From assembly GCA_029856045.1 (NCBI GenBank), contig JAHQWG010000016.1, positions 160,001 to 224,000 on the forward strand: a stretch of DNA of 64,000 nt. The letters are read 5' to 3'. Numbering within the stretch: the first letter of the stretch is position 1; each line of letters opens with the position of its first letter. The notes below the pieces were generated by a model. That model saw nothing but the letters and a program-made list of their open reading frames with translations, made no database searches and was not told the DNA's origin. This document shows positions 10,169 through 20,241 of this stretch, piece by piece. Source of the stretch: Promethearchaeia archaeon (GTDB lineage Archaea; Asgardarchaeota; Lokiarchaeia; Sigyniarchaeales; SOKP01). The translations under genes and the position numbers were made by a program.

Positions 10169-10822
10169 ATGGTGAGAGTTACAGCAGATCATCGCATATA
10201 TATAAAAATTTTATACTGGGGAATGGCTAGCTCGGGTAAAACTACTATAGTGGATACTTTATATCGTCTTACAAAAGAACAAAAAAAAGACATAGAACCT
10301 ACAGGAAATTTAACGAAAATTGCTATGGCAAGTGGCTCTACTCTCTATTTTGATAGAGGAATTTTTCAATCTACAAAAGAACGAAAAGTCTATTATCATG
10401 TTTATACAGTTGCTGGACAAAGTCGATTTTCTCCTTTAAGAAAAAAAATATTTAAAGGAACAGATGGAGCAATATTTGTTGTAGATTCTCAAACTCATCT
10501 TTTCGAAGATAATATTGAATCATTAAAAGAATTAAAAAAAGTAGCTAAAGGGTCATTAATGAAAGAAATTCCTCTGTTGGTAATGTTAAATAAGAAAGAT
10601 TTAACAGAAACGATAAATGCAAGTGAATTTGAACAAATTTTAAAGGAAGAAGAATTATGGTATGAGGCACCTCATAAATTAACGCTCTGGAATCCTATAA
10701 TTTACGAATCTTGTGCATTATATAATAAAAAAAGAGAAGTATATCGAAGTTTTTATGAATGTGCTAGGAGAACAGCATTGTATCATATATATGGAAATGG
10801 AACAGCTCCATTAGATAATTAA
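10169..10822 (+). CDS. MglA-like small GTPase (lacks the intrinsic Arg finger)
   Basis: IKILYWGMASSGKTT, GSTLYFD, YTVAGQ, DGAIFVVDSQ, NKKD. Confidence 0.85.
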   Translation: MVRVTADHRIYIKILYWGMASSGKTTIVDTLYRLTKEQKKDIEPTGNLTKIAMASGSTLYFDRGIFQSTKERKVYYHVYTVAGQSRFSPLRKKIFKGTDGAIFVVDSQTHLFEDNIESLKELKKVAKGSLMKEIPLLVMLNKKDLTETINASEFEQILKEEELWYEAPHKLTLWNPIIYESCALYNKKREVYRSFYECARRTALYHIYGNGTAPLDN

Positions 10823-11090
10823 TCTTAAAAAAATAATGAGTAAACCTATCTTTTTTTCTCACGATTAAATTTTCTATGTTTTAAATTCATTATTTGATCA
10901 TAATTCCTTTAAAAATTACTCTAATTAAATTTAAAGCAACACATTTATTATCTCTCATAATCTGAACTACTCAATTTTTGCTTTAATTAAAAAATTTTAA
11001 TTTAATTTGTATTTTAATTAAAAATTATTTATGAAATCTTAATTTATTTTTTCAAGATTTTTTAAACTAATCTTTTAAGAAAAGATATCT

Positions 11091-11161
11091 AATTCTCAGC
11101 GTAACTATTAACTCATCACTCGTCCAATGACATCAGATTTGTCTAGTTTCATCATAGAATT
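11091..11161 (-). ncRNA. C/D-box methylation guide sRNA
   Basis: Minus strand: AATTC-T-ATGATGA(C)-AACTAGACAAAT-CTGA(D')-hairpin-GTGATGA(C')-GTTAATAGTTACG-CTGA(D)-GAATT. All four boxes match consensus, guides are 12-13 nt, and there is a terminal stem. Confidence 0.9.
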
Positions 11162-11480
11162 ATAAATAAATAAATTAATACAACTTAATAAAAAACTAGA
11201 ATTTCTAATAGTAATTGAAAATATCATCTTCAATTCTAAGATTTTACTAAAGGCTTAAAAAAAATAATTATTTTTTTAACAAAAAAAAGTTATCTTTTAA
11301 TTTCATTTAAAAATAAAATTACTTTTAATCAATTTGGGTTTTTTTTTTGATTCGGATAGGGAAAAAATTTCAATTTGCTATAATGAAATTGGGATCGCAA
11401 ATAACAATAACTTAAATATTAAAATAATTATAAATAAAATTAATTTGTTAAATATTGATAAAAATTATGTGATCTAATTT

Positions 11481-13073
11481 ATGGAAAAAATTATACCATT
11501 TATGATGGGAGATATAAAATATGTCCCCTCTAAAACTAGGAGAACATTTATTGAAGAAATAGCTTTGTCTTTATGTGTCTTATTTGAAGAAAATGGTAGT
11601 ATCATAAAAAAATGGGGTACAATTGAAACAATTTCCTTATGCTTTTGGCCGGTGAGATTAATCCCTTTGAGTGAAAATCGTACTTGTATAACTAGTTATT
11701 TATTTCAAAATGCTCCTAAAGTTCCTGTTGGTCCTTTTAAAAAAATTCCATTAAATCCTGAAGCAGTTATTAAGGCTTCTGATCCTGAATCTTTTGTTAA
11801 ATCTTTAATCTCATATGATTCTAAATATCTTTCTAGTAAGGCAAATTTTTCACGAAAAATAATTATTCAAGAAGCTTTATTTGGTATTGAAGAAATCAAT
11901 TTTTTTAAACCCTTTTTCAATAATAAATTTGATTTAAAGTCATTTGAAGAGAAGAATTTTATTCTGTCTGGAGATCCCATAACAAAGAGTGTCAATCAAA
12001 TCAATATTCGTAAAGAAATTTATGATTTTATAAATTTTACAGAAGTTAAAATATTAGATCAATATAATGAAAAAATCAATAAATTGTGTGACAAATGGAT
12101 TGAAAAAACTTCAAAAGATGTTGATAATTATAAAATTAAAACAATAGATCACCAAAAGGAAGAAGAACAGTTAGAAAGATTGAATAAAGAATTAAGGGAA
12201 GAAAAAGAGAGAGACCTGCATGATTCTGATGAAGAGTTATTAAATTCAGGAAAATTTAAGATTAATGATACTTCATCTGTTATAATTAATGAAATTGAAT
12301 CATTAAAAAAAGAAATATTAAAACTAGGTCAGTCAGCAAAAGGAAAAAATCTACTTCTAATTAAAGAAAACATTAAAAACTCATATAGAGAGTGTAAAAA
12401 AGTTGAAAATTCCATAACACAATTTGATAACGAATTAACTATATTAAAAAGAAACTTAATAAAAGAAAGAAATAATATTCAAAAAAACCATAACTCAATA
12501 ATTTCTAGTATAGAATCCAATATTAATTCAATACAAGCAAAAATGAACTCTGATGAGAAAGATTATAATAAAGAATTTGTAGATCTTCAAGATATATTAA
12601 AACAAATTCAAAAATTAAAACAAAAAGTCAATAATAATTTTTTAATCATTAAAGAAATGGAGTTGGATCAAGTACAAAAATTTTTACATGAATATACTCT
12701 AGAGATCAAAACAGAAAATGTGATTGTTGGAATACCAATCTTTATTTTCAATTTTCGAAGTCAAAAGGCGGAAAAAGTAGATAAATACATGCCTGTATTA
12801 CCTATTTTAATTAGTGAAGGGAAAAAAAAGGGGAATGTTGCAAATGTAAAATCTAAAATAAAAACAATTTTTACAGATCGTTTCATTAAAATATTTAATA
12901 AATATAAGGCAATGAAAGATTTAATCTCGGTAGAAAGTAAGAATAATAATATATTAGAAATTAATAATTTAACATCTTTATTATTAGAATCTATAGATGA
13001 GCTTAGAATGAAGGAGCTAATCTCAAATAAAATTGCAACAAATGTAAAAGATCTAATTGAATCTATAATTTAA
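11481..13073 (+). CDS. Long coiled-coil protein with globular N- and C-termini
   Basis: Heptad-rich central region of about 200 aa, flanked by segments containing CFWPVRLIP and GIPIFIFNF. Confidence 0.75.
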   Translation: MEKIIPFMMGDIKYVPSKTRRTFIEEIALSLCVLFEENGSIIKKWGTIETISLCFWPVRLIPLSENRTCITSYLFQNAPKVPVGPFKKIPLNPEAVIKASDPESFVKSLISYDSKYLSSKANFSRKIIIQEALFGIEEINFFKPFFNNKFDLKSFEEKNFILSGDPITKSVNQINIRKEIYDFINFTEVKILDQYNEKINKLCDKWIEKTSKDVDNYKIKTIDHQKEEEQLERLNKELREEKERDLHDSDEELLNSGKFKINDTSSVIINEIESLKKEILKLGQSAKGKNLLLIKENIKNSYRECKKVENSITQFDNELTILKRNLIKERNNIQKNHNSIISSIESNINSIQAKMNSDEKDYNKEFVDLQDILKQIQKLKQKVNNNFLIIKEMELDQVQKFLHEYTLEIKTENVIVGIPIFIFNFRSQKAEKVDKYMPVLPILISEGKKKGNVANVKSKIKTIFTDRFIKIFNKYKAMKDLISVESKNNNILEINNLTSLLLESIDELRMKELISNKIATNVKDLIESII

Positions 13074-13142
13074 CATATTCAAAAAAATATTTAACTAATC
13101 ATTAATTCTTTTATTTAATTAAGTTGATAGATCGCACTAATT

Positions 13143-13328
13143 ATGGGTCTTTATAGTAAGGTTAAAGAGAATATATCTGAAAAATTTTCAATTTTTCAGT
13201 TAATGTCTTTATTAGAGATGGATGAATCAGATATAAGAGAGTGTAGAAACATTTTGAAACAATGGTATTTACTGGGTTACATCAAAAGAATCTCTAAAAA
13301 TATGTATCAGAAAATAAAAAAATCTTAA
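13143..13328 (+). CDS. Small winged-helix-like protein
   Basis: 61 aa; helix-helix-wing pattern ending GYIKRISKNMYQK. Confidence 0.55.
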   Translation: MGLYSKVKENISEKFSIFQLMSLLEMDESDIRECRNILKQWYLLGYIKRISKNMYQKIKKS

Positions 13329-13380
13329 AAACATTATTCTCTATTTTAATTATTCCTTTTTGCTATATTAAAAAAAATAA

Positions 13381-13959
13381 TTAATTGATTACAATATTTA
13401 TTTGCGGAAAGATGAAATTAAGCATTTTTTTAAAAGACTCAAAAATTCCAATACCATCTGTTGCAATGGTATTAAGAATATCAACTTTTTCAAAAAGATT
13501 GAAATTAATTTCATTTAAAAATTCTGATTTTTCTATTTTATTTTGCAAATCCCATTTATTTAAACAAATAATAATAGGCATATCATAAAATTTATTTGAG
13601 AAAAAGGTATATAATTCATTCCAAGACCTCAAATTCTGTTTTATACATGTATTTTGTGAATCTACAATAAAAATTATTCCATCAACTCCTATTAATGTTG
13701 CTGGTCGTGTACTTGCATAAAAATCTTGCCCCGTAGCTGAATATAATAGCAATTTAATATTCCATTCAAAACCTTGAAAATTCAATACTCCAAAATCGAA
13801 AAATAATGTTCTTCCAGTTGTACTTTCTATTGATTTTAATATTTCTTGTTTTCCAAAATATTTAAATAAGCTTTTTAATGATGTAGTTTTTCCTGACATT
13901 GCAGGACCATAATATACAATTTTAATTTGAATTGTTTTGTTACAATAGTCAAATAGCAA
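13381..13959 (-). CDS. mglA: MglA-family small GTPase
   Basis: KIVYYGPAMSGKTT, GRTLFFDF, GQDFY, GVDGIIFIVDSQ, NKWDL and ATDGIGIF closely match MglA motifs. Confidence 0.88.
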   Translation of the reverse strand: MLFDYCNKTIQIKIVYYGPAMSGKTTSLKSLFKYFGKQEILKSIESTTGRTLFFDFGVLNFQGFEWNIKLLLYSATGQDFYASTRPATLIGVDGIIFIVDSQNTCIKQNLRSWNELYTFFSNKFYDMPIIICLNKWDLQNKIEKSEFLNEINFNLFEKVDILNTIATDGIGIFESFKKMLNFIFPQINIVIN

Positions 13960-13963
13960 AATA

Positions 13964-14863
13964 TTACCCCCATAAGGATTCTAAATGATCTCCAATTTTT
14001 ACATGCTTCCCATTTTTTAATAATGGATCAAACCCTTCACCCCATTCATAATATATAAATGAAAGTATCCTTTCTATTGGCGCGATTTGATAATCTATTG
14101 TATTTAAAAGGATTTTTCCACTAATTGTTGCATCTAAACCTAAAGTTGATAGTAAATTTAAACGATTTAAAATGAAAAAAGCTCTTTTTGATGCAGAAAA
14201 GAAATTTTGGATCTCTTTTTTAAAAATATTTTTTTGGATCTCTTCTTTTTCTATAGAAAAATCCAAAAGGCTAATCATTGTACCATCATCAATATTTGTT
14301 GTGTTTGTTTTTTGGGATAAAATCCTCTTCATTCTTATTATGGAATTTTCAGTATCTTGTGAACTTTTTCTAAGAATTCTCCTTTCTAATTTTAGATTAA
14401 TATCACTTGAGTTATCACCTTCTAACTGTACTGATATCGAGTTATTTATTAGCATAATAGAAAGAAATAGAAAATATTTTTCACGCATCAATTTTTTTAT
14501 TATTTTAATTTTCTGTTGATTTTTTATTTGGATCTCTATTCCAATAACCCAAGATTTAAAATTTTTAATATTATTTAAAGCTTTTAAAACAACACTTGAA
14601 GGGCATCTAATAATAATTCTTTGAGAATTATAATCAATTTCCTCATTTTTACATAGGTTTTGATATTCAATTTCTGATACAAAATCTGTATAATAGATTA
14701 ATTCTTTTCTAAAATGCATCAGATCACATAATTCTGCCGAATAATTATCAACATCAATTTCATTTTCTCCAAATATCATTATCGGTATTCTATTAAGAAG
14801 ACTATATAAGATAAGGGATATTTTTTTTTCACCTATCTTATCTATTGAATGAATAATTTGCAA
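13964..14863 (-). CDS. Putative DENN-core (folliculin-like) protein
   Basis: LYSLLNRIPIMIFGE...ELCDLMHFRKELIY...SWVIGI resembles the cDENN pattern; lies between roadblock and GTPase genes. Fold assignment is by eye. Confidence 0.5.
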   Translation of the reverse strand: MQIIHSIDKIGEKKISLILYSLLNRIPIMIFGENEIDVDNYSAELCDLMHFRKELIYYTDFVSEIEYQNLCKNEEIDYNSQRIIIRCPSSVVLKALNNIKNFKSWVIGIEIQIKNQQKIKIIKKLMREKYFLFLSIMLINNSISVQLEGDNSSDINLKLERRILRKSSQDTENSIIRMKRILSQKTNTTNIDDGTMISLLDFSIEKEEIQKNIFKKEIQNFFSASKRAFFILNRLNLLSTLGLDATISGKILLNTIDYQIAPIERILSFIYYEWGEGFDPLLKNGKHVKIGDHLESLWG

Positions 14864-14886
14864 GTTCCTAATCCCTCCTTAATTAT

Positions 14887-15921
14887 TTACTTTATAATTA
14901 ACTCTCCTAAAAGCTTTTTAATATCAAAATGTTTTTTGTAATCTTCAATAACTAATGCTTTTTTAATAATTTGGTTTAATTTATTTGCATACTGAGGTAT
15001 TATCAACCTGAGTAGGCCTAATTTATATTTTCCTTTATCAATAAGAGAACTAAAAATTCCTTTATCAAGACCATAAATAAATTGAAAATTGGTTTCACAA
15101 TCTAAAAGAATTGTATTAATTTGCATTTTCTTCAACAACCAAGCGCATCTATTTGATGTTTGAAATAATGAGGAACTCATAGCTGCAGTTGTTTCAAGTG
15201 GATTATACCGAAAAATTTCTTTTTTTATAATTTTTGAAGCGATAAAACCTCCTTCCAGCGTTAGAAAAGAACATCTTAAATCAGGTATCGAAAAAGAAAA
15301 AGTTTTTAAAATTTCATCTAATTGATAAGAATCCTTTTCAGAAAACCCTAATGAATAGGCTGATAATTTAAAATTTCTTGAAAAATCTTCTTTTACATCG
15401 AATTCTTCCATCATCTTCTTTATTTGTTCGTTGTTAAACTCAATCAAAGGTGGTTTGAAAGATTCACCTGATGTAATCAATGTTCGTTTAATTTTCATAA
15501 GACTATCTCCTGTTTGTAAAAAAATACTTCCAAGATTTACTGTTGGGAGTGTAGTAATTGCTATAAAAAACTCATTATCATTTTCAAAAATACCTTGTTC
15601 TTCTAAAATTTTATTAAGTGGAGAATCATATGAGTTTTTAAGTGGAGCGATTAAAATTTTTGCCTTTTTCCCCTCAATTAATATATATTTTAGTTCTTTT
15701 GGATGTAAATGAATACCGATATTATAAATTGCACTTGTGGCTGCAGAAACACCAAAGATTTCATCTTTTGAAAACCAAACCCCACTTGATTGAATGGGAT
15801 TACCATCTCTCTGAGTTAAGACAACATTTTCTACTCCTTTTAGATTTTTAATTTGATCCAAATGTTTTCCTATTCTTTCTCTAATTGTCATTAAATAACC
15901 TAAAAATTGGAATTTAACCAT
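14887..15921 (-). CDS. Tandem roadblock/LC7 (MglB/LAMTOR-like) protein
   Basis: Two repeats: VVLTQRDGNPI...SAATSAIYNIG...ILIEG...NLGSI and FLTLEGGFIAS...AAMSSSLF...ILLDC...KLGLLR. Confidence 0.85.
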   Translation of the reverse strand: MVKFQFLGYLMTIRERIGKHLDQIKNLKGVENVVLTQRDGNPIQSSGVWFSKDEIFGVSAATSAIYNIGIHLHPKELKYILIEGKKAKILIAPLKNSYDSPLNKILEEQGIFENDNEFFIAITTLPTVNLGSIFLQTGDSLMKIKRTLITSGESFKPPLIEFNNEQIKKMMEEFDVKEDFSRNFKLSAYSLGFSEKDSYQLDEILKTFSFSIPDLRCSFLTLEGGFIASKIIKKEIFRYNPLETTAAMSSSLFQTSNRCAWLLKKMQINTILLDCETNFQFIYGLDKGIFSSLIDKGKYKLGLLRLIIPQYANKLNQIIKKALVIEDYKKHFDIKKLLGELIIK

Positions 15922-16240
15922 TTTTTTAAAAATAGATTTTTAAACTCCATTATTTTTTAAAACTCGTAATTTCTGGTCTCAAAACGTAAGTAAAATTTGC
16001 GATTAAAAGCAAAAATTTAAAATATATAGATTGATTATTAATAATGTATTTAAATCGTAAATTAATCGGCGTGAGCTCGGATGACGGTATAACTTCCAAA
16101 AAATGATGGGTTCCTTTCAAATTACGATAAAAAAAATGTGGTTTTAATTTTAAATTAAAACTGAAAAAAGTACAATTAAAAAAATAAAAATATCCGCCAA
16201 AGTAATTTAAATTAGTCTTCAAAAACCGATTCCACTTAAT

Positions 16241-17738
<1,498 letters not shown>

Positions 17739-17865
17739 TTAACTTTTCTTAATTTTTTTTATATTCTTTTAGAGAAATTTAATTCAAATTTTCTTGTTAA
17801 AATAAAAAAACTCTTTAAAATTAATTTTAAATAATAAAAACATTTTAATATAATATGAAATATAT

Positions 17866-18003
17866 GGGCCTGTAGATCAGTGGAAGATCATTGGGTTCGG
17901 TCTCGTATCCAAACTTAGGCTTGACTTGCACACCAGCTTGATTGATTTTCATTCAAGAGGTCAAGAGTTCAAGAGGTCACGGGTTCAATTCCCGTCAGGT
18001 CCA
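17866..18003 (+). tRNA. tRNA-Ala(UGC) with two introns (25/26: 17890-17918; 37/38: 17931-17967)
   Basis: Acceptor GGGCCTG/CAGGTCC-A with G3:U70, anticodon arm CTTGA-CT-TGC-A|T-TCAAG, T-arm ACGGG-TTCAATT-CCCGT. BHB CTTG/CAAG at the canonical intron; relaxed BHB at 25/26. Confidence 0.9.
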
Positions 18004-18397
18004 TTTTTTTTATTGAATTTATATAAAATAGATCTTTTATTTTTTTGATTATATTTTCTGCTTTAATCATACATTTCCTGCTTGAGAATCCTTTCGGAAA
18101 CTCAATCCAAACAATATATTTTTCAACATTAATGTTTAAAGGAAGTATTATTGAATACAGATTATTCGTTTGAATTATTAATTTTTTCAATAAATATAAT
18201 TGTTTATAGTTAATAGAATAAAAAATATCTAAAATTTTTTTAAAAGATGCAATTAATTTTTCTCCCGTTTTTATGTTTGAAAAAAAAATTAAACCTTCCT
18301 CTGTTCCTAAAATAATTTTAAATTTTGTGCTTTGAGGGTTAAATAAATGTTCTAAAATTTTATAAATTTCATCATAATTTGTGATTTTATTATACAT
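17969..18397 (-). CDS. Divergent roadblock/longin-like small protein
   Basis: helix-IILGTEEGLIFFSN-helix-beta strands-helix topology; the last 35 nt overlap tRNA-Ala antisense. Confidence 0.55.
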   Translation of the reverse strand: MYNKITNYDEIYKILEHLFNPQSTKFKIILGTEEGLIFFSNIKTGEKLIASFKKILDIFYSINYKQLYLLKKLIIQTNNLYSIILPLNINVEKYIVWIEFPKGFSSRKCMIKAENIIKKIKDLFYINSIKKMDLTGIEPVTS

Positions 18398-18554
18398 TTT
18401 TTGTTAAACACCATTTTCCAAATAAGAGTTGTTAGAAAAATGTTATTTTTCTTTTCTATTAAATTAAAATAGAAATATATAAACTTCACTTAAAAAGATT
18501 TTAATAAAATATAACATTAAAATTATAAATTGTATTAGAATTTGGCATTATATT

Positions 18555-18674
18555 ATGTTAATTCAAATTCCTGGGATCGATGGAACTAATTATGAATTCA
18601 TTATAAATCTAATAGGTGTTATTTTATTAATTTTTATTTTAATATACATTGCCTTAACATCTCGTTCAGAATAG
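18555..18674 (+). CDS. Possible 39-aa single-pass membrane microprotein
   Basis: ATG ORF MLIQIPGIDGTNYEFIINLIGVILLIFILIYIALTSRSE, below the track cutoff; fills the gap before the ychF stop. Confidence 0.4.
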   Translation: MLIQIPGIDGTNYEFIINLIGVILLIFILIYIALTSRSE

Positions 18675-18683
18675 ATATTCTAA

Positions 18684-19934
18684 TCATTTTGCTGAAAAAA
18701 TTTTTATCACATCATTATCTTTTAAAATATAATTCTCTCCTAATTTCATTTTCGATTTTACCTCCATCCCGTAAATAAAATGTTTTGCTAAGTCAGTGTG
18801 AATTTTTTCTCTAATAAATTCCCGTAATTTTGTTCCTTTTCTAATTAAAAAAACATCAGGGAGTACATTTCCATCTTTATCTGTTAAAGTATTTAAATTT
18901 GCAACAGGATATACAGTAATTTGGTCTAATAAAGAATATACTGCGTAATTTAATGTTTTTTGAACTCCTGTACCTCCAATTCCTCGTAATAATTTTTCTC
19001 TAACCTTTTCTAGAGCTTCCAATTCATTTTTTTTTAGATTCTCTTTTTTTATTATAATAAAATCAGTATCACCAGGCATATATTTGATAATACCTTCCTT
19101 ACTATATTCCCTAAGAATGAATTCTGCTAAGGCACTGCATGGAATAATTTTCTTCTTATATTTTTTCTTTAATTCATCCAGTTTTCTCATACCAATCTCT
19201 TTATCAATTTTATTAGCAATTATTATTATCGGTTTAGAGATTTCTCTTAGGTTTTTTGAAAAAAAATTTAGTTCTGCTTTATCCCATTTTGATATTGGCT
19301 TTCCATCTAAATTGGATTTTTCAATTGATTTCTCTATATCGTCCTTTTTAATTGATAATCCTGATAATCTTTGATATAATGCTTCAATAAGCTCATTCCC
19401 CCCCTTAATAACTCTCATTGAAAATTTTCTCCAATCCTCTCTTTCAATAATTCCTTTAAACCATAAATTTATTTCATCTTCTAAAAACATTATATCTTCG
19501 TAAGGATCATGGGACCCTGACTCTACTGTATTTCCATTTGCATCCAAAGAACCTGTAATATCAATAATATGTAATAGTACATCTGCTCGGCTTAAATCAC
19601 TCAAAAATCTATTCCCAAGCCCCTTCCCCTCATGAGCTCCCGGTACTAAACCAGCTACATCTAATAATTGAATAGGAATAAAACGAATTTGTTCTATACA
19701 TTTTGAATTCTTAGGATTATCCTTAACATTCAATTCTTTACATACGCACGGTTTTTTAACATATGCTATTCCTTTATTGGGATCGATAGTTGTAAAGGGA
19801 TAATCTCCAACTTTAGCATGAGTTAAACAAGCACTATTTAAGAATGTACTTTTACCGGAAGAAGGTTTAGGGTTAAATTAGAATCTTTATATATAAATAA
19901 TCTAAAATAATTTCCCTACCACACCGATTAGCAC
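18684..19934 (-). CDS. ychF: YchF/Obg-family ATPase; spliced CDS join(19934..19912,19866..18684), about 401 aa
   Basis: After removing 45 nt the frame reads MLIGVVGKPSSGKSTFLN...DYPFTTIDPNKG...CVC...DVAGLVPGAHEGKGLGNRFL...ANKID, with a C-terminal TGS domain (IHTDLAK). Confidence 0.93.
19867..19911 (-). other. Putative BHB-type mRNA intron in ychF (45 nt)
   Basis: Insert inside the Walker A codons with in-frame TAG/TAA/TAA. Junctions AGGG-AA|A...CCCT-AA|A form a 4-bp helix with two AAA bulges; inner stems TTA/TAA and TTAGA/TCTAA. Confidence 0.8.
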
Positions 19935-20241
19935 ATATTTTCACTTATAACTTAATTTATTTATATTTAATTTATTGCATTTTAGTTAATTTAAAAAAAT
20001 ATAATTATTAAAGTTCTATTTTTCTTTTTAATAAGATTGCATGATAATAACATTTTAATGAATTTATTAAAATTAATTTTTTCTTAATAATTTAAATTTT
20101 TTTAGTTATCATTATTTATGTTTTAATGACCATTTATTATAATCTATTCAGTTCTTAATAAAATATTGATACCCAAATTTCTTGAAATCGTTTTTTCTTC
20201 GTTTTAAAGAAATATTAGTAAAGAAATTAAAGAATCTTATT

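Noticed and set aside
10823-11480. Long AT-rich intergenic region considered as a replication origin
   Set aside because: No repeated ORB/G-string motifs are visible, it is 10 kb from cdc6, and it is partly explained by the C/D sRNA and promoters.
16054-16128. GC-richer hairpin (ATCGTAA...TTACGAT) upstream of 16S considered as a separate sRNA
   Set aside because: No complete C/D or H/ACA box set; most simply part of the pre-rRNA leader.
15950-16222. 90-aa minus-strand ORF
   Set aside because: It overlaps the rRNA promoter/leader region and has no recognisable protein features.
17952-17979. 12-nt direct repeat in tRNA-Ala considered as an integration att site
   Set aside because: Both copies lie within the tRNA gene, 16 nt apart, and there is no integrase or cargo.
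18684-19733. ORF-track start of ychF at 19733, or a pseudogene reading
   Set aside because: The conserved G1/G2 region continues intact upstream to 19934. The only lesion is one BHB-bounded insert, which fits an intron better than decay.
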